Positions 33,780-36,488 of a stretch of 36,488 bases of DNA are shown here, piece by piece (the first letter of the stretch is position 1; each line of letters opens with the position of its first letter). Below the pieces are notes generated by a model. It did no database searches. It was not told where the DNA came from and saw only the letters and a program-made list of their open reading frames with translations. Source of the stretch: Deltaproteobacteria bacterium (lineage in GTDB: Bacteria; Desulfobacterota; GWC2-55-46); contig JACREV010000086.1 of NCBI GenBank assembly GCA_016218095.1, positions 1 through 36,488 on the forward strand, written 5' to 3'. The position numbers and the translations under genes are program-made.

Positions 33780-33960
33780 CAACCTTCCTCCATCCCCCTC
33801 ACCCCCCCCTCTCCCACAAGGGGAGGGGGGGGAATGAAACCCCTCGCGGAAGCCCCCTCTATCCCCTCCCCCATCAAGGGAGGGATTTTAAAGAAGATAA
33901 GCTCCCCCCGTCCCTCTTTGGAAAAGATGGAAACAGCCCCCCTCAAACCCCTCAAAAATT
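33780..33960. repeat. cluster of family-B G/C-tract palindromic repeats in a divergent intergenic region
   Basis: CCCCTCTCCCACAAGGGGAGGGGGG (33806-33830), CCCTCCCCCATCAAGGGAGGG (about 33864-33884), and a degenerate CCCTCTTTGGAAAAGATGG. The listed ORFs here (33734..33988, 33744..34004, 33686..34045) are translations of the repeats. Confidence 0.65.
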
Positions 33961-34112
33961 TTTGGACAACCCGCGGTCTTTTTGGTAGAATCCTCTTTAA
34001 ATAATATAATAATTGTAACCTGAAGAGGCCCCCCAGGGCCGGCAAGAGCAGTGTCTTTTCCGGGCGGGTATTGCAAATCCATCTTTATCAATGGAGTCGT
34101 TCCAAGAGAATT

Positions 34113-34928
34113 ATGCCCAAGGTCCTTTCCCTTTTTATCCTCCTCACATCCTTGCTTGTCGGAGAAGCCATTGCGGCGGACCTCCTCGTGCCGGAGTCCT
34201 ACAAGACCATACAGGAGGCGATAGAGGCCGCGGGGCCCGGCGACACCGTCCTCGTTAACGAGGGCGTCTACACCGAGAACCTCTCCATACGGAAGCCCTT
34301 GAAGTTGAAGGCCGTCAAGGGGCCGGAGCTTACCGTCATAAGGGCGGCTGTAAAGGAAGAGCCCGCGATACTCGTCTCCGGCACGGAGGGCGTCGTCATC
34401 TCCGGGTTCGCGGCTAAAGGGTCGCTGAGCTCCGGGATCACCCTCAAGAACGTAACGAACTCCGAGGTGAGCGGCAACGTCGCCGATGAAAACGTCTACG
34501 GCATCGCCCTCTACGACTCGAGCGAGAACTCCGTCACCGGCAACGCGGCGGACAGGAACGAATACTACGGCATTTACCTGGAAAAATCCCACCACAACAC
34601 CATAGAGGGTAACAACGCTAACAGGAACTACGACAAGGGCCTCTTCATAAGCTACTCGAACAGCAACGTCATAAGAGAGAACACCGCGAACCTGAACACC
34701 TGGAACGGGCTGACGCTCTGGTCTTCAAACGACAACGTTATAGTGGACAACACAACGCTCCGGAATATGTACGGCATAGTGGTAAGCGACTCCAAGGACA
34801 ACGAGATATCCGGGAACACGACCCTGCCGAACGTCTTCCTGATACTCCCCGTTGTCCTCATCTACCTCGGGATAGTCACTTACCTGATACAAAAGAACGT
34901 CCTTAAACTGGCGTACGGGGTAAGATAA
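34113..34928 (+). CDS. right-handed parallel beta-helix (PbH1/NosD-like) repeat protein with signal peptide and C-terminal TM anchor
   Basis: Signal MPKVLSLFILLTSLLVGEAIAA. Reiterated ~23-aa units (N.V.GN.A..N..GI.L..S..N). C-terminal VFLILPVVLIYLGIVTYLI helix. Confidence 0.75.
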   Translation: MPKVLSLFILLTSLLVGEAIAADLLVPESYKTIQEAIEAAGPGDTVLVNEGVYTENLSIRKPLKLKAVKGPELTVIRAAVKEEPAILVSGTEGVVISGFAAKGSLSSGITLKNVTNSEVSGNVADENVYGIALYDSSENSVTGNAADRNEYYGIYLEKSHHNTIEGNNANRNYDKGLFISYSNSNVIRENTANLNTWNGLTLWSSNDNVIVDNTTLRNMYGIVVSDSKDNEISGNTTLPNVFLILPVVLIYLGIVTYLIQKNVLKLAYGVR

Positions 34929-35308
34929 TGCAACGGATACTCAAAATGCTCGGCGTCTTCAGCACCGCTTCCATCGTGCTTGCGAGCTTCGGGCTGATAC
35001 TGGCTACTTCCAGCTTCATAAGCGGGTTGCAGCTCGTCAAGTCCGCCTCCATCGTCGAGAGGAAGATACACCGCTTCAACGGGTTTACGGCTCTCACCAT
35101 ATACGTCATACTCGCCATCCTCGCCTTCTGGTACGAGGGGTTCGGGTTTCTCCGCCTCCTCGGCTGGGTCTCGGGGCTCTGCGTATTCCTCCTCAAGATA
35201 CTAATAGTAAGGTCCAAGAAGAGAAGGGCGTTCAAGTACCTGAGCTGGCTCGGTGGCACCCTCATACTCGTCTGGCTCTATATGGTCTACATCCACATAC
35301 CGGTCTAA
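34928..35308 (+). CDS. hypothetical 4-TM membrane protein
   Basis: The start overlaps the preceding stop (TAATG). Four hydrophobic segments. No family recognised. Confidence 0.5.
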   Translation: MQRILKMLGVFSTASIVLASFGLILATSSFISGLQLVKSASIVERKIHRFNGFTALTIYVILAILAFWYEGFGFLRLLGWVSGLCVFLLKILIVRSKKRRAFKYLSWLGGTLILVWLYMVYIHIPV

Positions 35309-35358
35309 AAGGCCCGGCCTTTGTCGAACCGCATCACTTCCGGAGGACGGTTACTCGC

Positions 35359-36488
35359 GTGAGGAATGAGGACCCGAAAACGGGGAAGGGCCCGGCGATC
35401 GCGCTTATATTGCTTATCGCGGCCTTCGGGGCGCTCCGCGTTGCGTCTGCCTTGAACGACCTCTACATCGACGAGATCTGGTCTCTCCACTTCGCCTCGC
35501 GCGCCTCATCTGTTTTCGACGTCTTCTCGGTCCGCCACGACAACAACCATATCCTGAATACCGTCTACCTCTATTTCGCCGGGAGCGGCTCGCTCTTCCC
35601 GTCCATCCCGCCGACATTCATCCATCAGAGGCTCCTCTCGGTTGTCGCTGGGACGCTTTCGCTCGGCGTCCTCGCGTACATGGGGCTTAAGCGCGGATTC
35701 CTCGAGGCGGTGACGCTCGTGCTGATCGCGGGCGCCTCCTACCCGCTCGTCCTGTATTCATCCGAGGCAAGGGGCTACGCGCCGGCCATCCTGTTCGCGC
35801 TTTTGTCTTTTGCGCTCGCAGAAAGGTGGATTAAGACGCGGTCCTTTATCATCCTCCCCTTCTATTGGGCCGCCGTCGCGCTCGGCCTTCTCGCCCATTC
35901 GAGCTTCTTCTACGTTTTGCTCGCCCTCGGCGGCTGGTCGATAGCGGAGAGGCTTAAGTCCGGCATGGATAACAGGGCACTAAGGGACGTCATCCTTTTC
36001 AACGCCGTCCCGTTCGCGGCCTTCGCCGCCGTATACGTATTTTTCATAAGCGGCATCACCATAGGCGGCGGCACCGAGGGGGATATATTGGGCTCGGCCC
36101 TCTCTGCCTCCGCAAAGGCCTTCGGCGTGCCGGGCGGAGGAATGGCTTCGGGGATAATCGGCGCGATCGTCGCGATCTTTTTTTTCGCGGGAGGCGTGTC
36201 GCTGGAGTCGAGGCAGGGCTCACGGAGGTGGGTCTTCTTCGCGCTATGCATCGTCGTAGCGCCGGCCCTTGCTATCGCGGTAGCGAAGCCGGAGTTCTTC
36301 TACTTCAGGTACTTCCTCGTCTCTTTCCCGTTCCTCTACATCCTCGTAGCATTCGTCCTCGCCAGGGCCTTCCGCCGGTCATCAGCCGGAAAGGCCCTCT
36401 ACGCGGCGTGCATGGCCTTATTCCTCTTATCCAACTTATATTCGGACTGGAGGCTCGCAACAATCGGCAGAGGCGCATACTTTGACGC
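35359..36488 (+). CDS. GT-C-type (ArnT/PMT-like) polytopic glycosyltransferase, 3' end outside window; not in the ORF track
   Basis: My own translation is stop-free from about 35281 to the window end. It reads (GTG 35359) RNEDPKTGKGPAIALILLIAAFGALRVASALNDLYIDEIWSLHF..., with many TM segments and a D-E-containing first loop as in ArnT/PMT_2 enzymes. The start is tentative (GGAGGA 11 nt upstream). Confidence 0.55.
   Translation, partial: MRNEDPKTGKGPAIALILLIAAFGALRVASALNDLYIDEIWSLHFASRASSVFDVFSVRHDNNHILNTVYLYFAGSGSLFPSIPPTFIHQRLLSVVAGTLSLGVLAYMGLKRGFLEAVTLVLIAGASYPLVLYSSEARGYAPAILFALLSFALAERWIKTRSFIILPFYWAAVALGLLAHSSFFYVLLALGGWSIAERLKSGMDNRALRDVILFNAVPFAAFAAVYVFFISGITIGGGTEGDILGSALSASAKAFGVPGGGMASGIIGAIVAIFFFAGGVSLESRQGSRRWVFFALCIVVAPALAIAVAKPEFFYFRYFLVSFPFLYILVAFVLARAFRRSSAGKALYAACMALFLLSNLYSDWRLATIGRGAYFD

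Noticed and set aside
33789-33800. 9-nt match (ATCCCCCTC) to the tRNA-Ala 3' region, as a possible attR for the island.
   Set aside because: Too short, and it lies inside the C-rich family-B repeat cluster, so a chance match is likely. No longer direct repeat of the tRNA end was seen.
1795-33960. Whether the recurring G/C-tract repeats form a CRISPR array.
   Set aside because: The copies are irregularly spaced, occur in both orientations, differ in sequence, and are scattered between genes. There is no repeat-spacer periodicity and no cas genes.
35414-36251. Minus-strand ORFs 35414..35617 and 35910..36251, and + ORF 36228..36485.
   Set aside because: These are shadows or off-frames of the long open-ended GT-C reading frame. 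They are Arg/Pro-rich or short and have no start context.

Overview
High-GC bacterial chromosome segment. Hand-counted 60-nt samples give about 60-65% GC in the backbone. It probably comes from an uncultured anaerobic diderm, since it encodes an outer-membrane barrel, a lipobox protein, a Tat signal and selenoprotein machinery. I cannot assign a taxon from sequence alone.

Gene content, left to right:
- AEC permease (5' partial), a secreted NodB-like deacetylase and OsmC.
- A selenocysteine-containing selD whose in-frame UGA splits it in the ORF track, then a DUF218/YdcF gene and selB.
- A divergent two-gene cytoplasmic [NiFe] hydrogenase, followed by a GAF-GGDEF cyclase.
- hsp20 behind a perfect consensus promoter.
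- A ~1.7 kb, ~40% GC island carrying a C-protein-controlled type II R-M system (M convergent with C-R). Matching TAACC-N7-GGTTA operators sit in both promoters.
- DUF488, then a DsrE-like / hemerythrin / cytochrome b / membrane-protein cluster.
- UDP-glucuronate decarboxylase and a DegT aminotransferase.
- nusB-ribH-ribBA-ribE-ribD-nrdR and hup.
- tRNA-Ala(GGC) followed by a decayed integrase remnant.
- A tightly coupled seven-gene operon: OM barrel, FeS subunit, NrfD anchor, Tat molybdopterin catalytic subunit, lipoprotein rhodanese, TorD chaperone, polyferredoxin. This is my top candidate for an uncharacterised respiratory system, possibly acting on sulfur or selenium compounds.
- A beta-class DNA methyltransferase fused to an Mrr-like nuclease domain, with a low-GC TRD cassette, followed by two tandem paralogous mini membrane-protein genes. 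One of these is absent from the ORF track.
- A beta-helix protein, a small membrane protein, and a GT-C-like glycosyltransferase that runs off the 3' edge and is also absent from the ORF track.

Two dispersed palindromic repeat families fill much of the intergenic DNA. I saw no rRNA, CRISPR array or intact transposase. All family assignments are by-eye motif recognition; no database search was possible.
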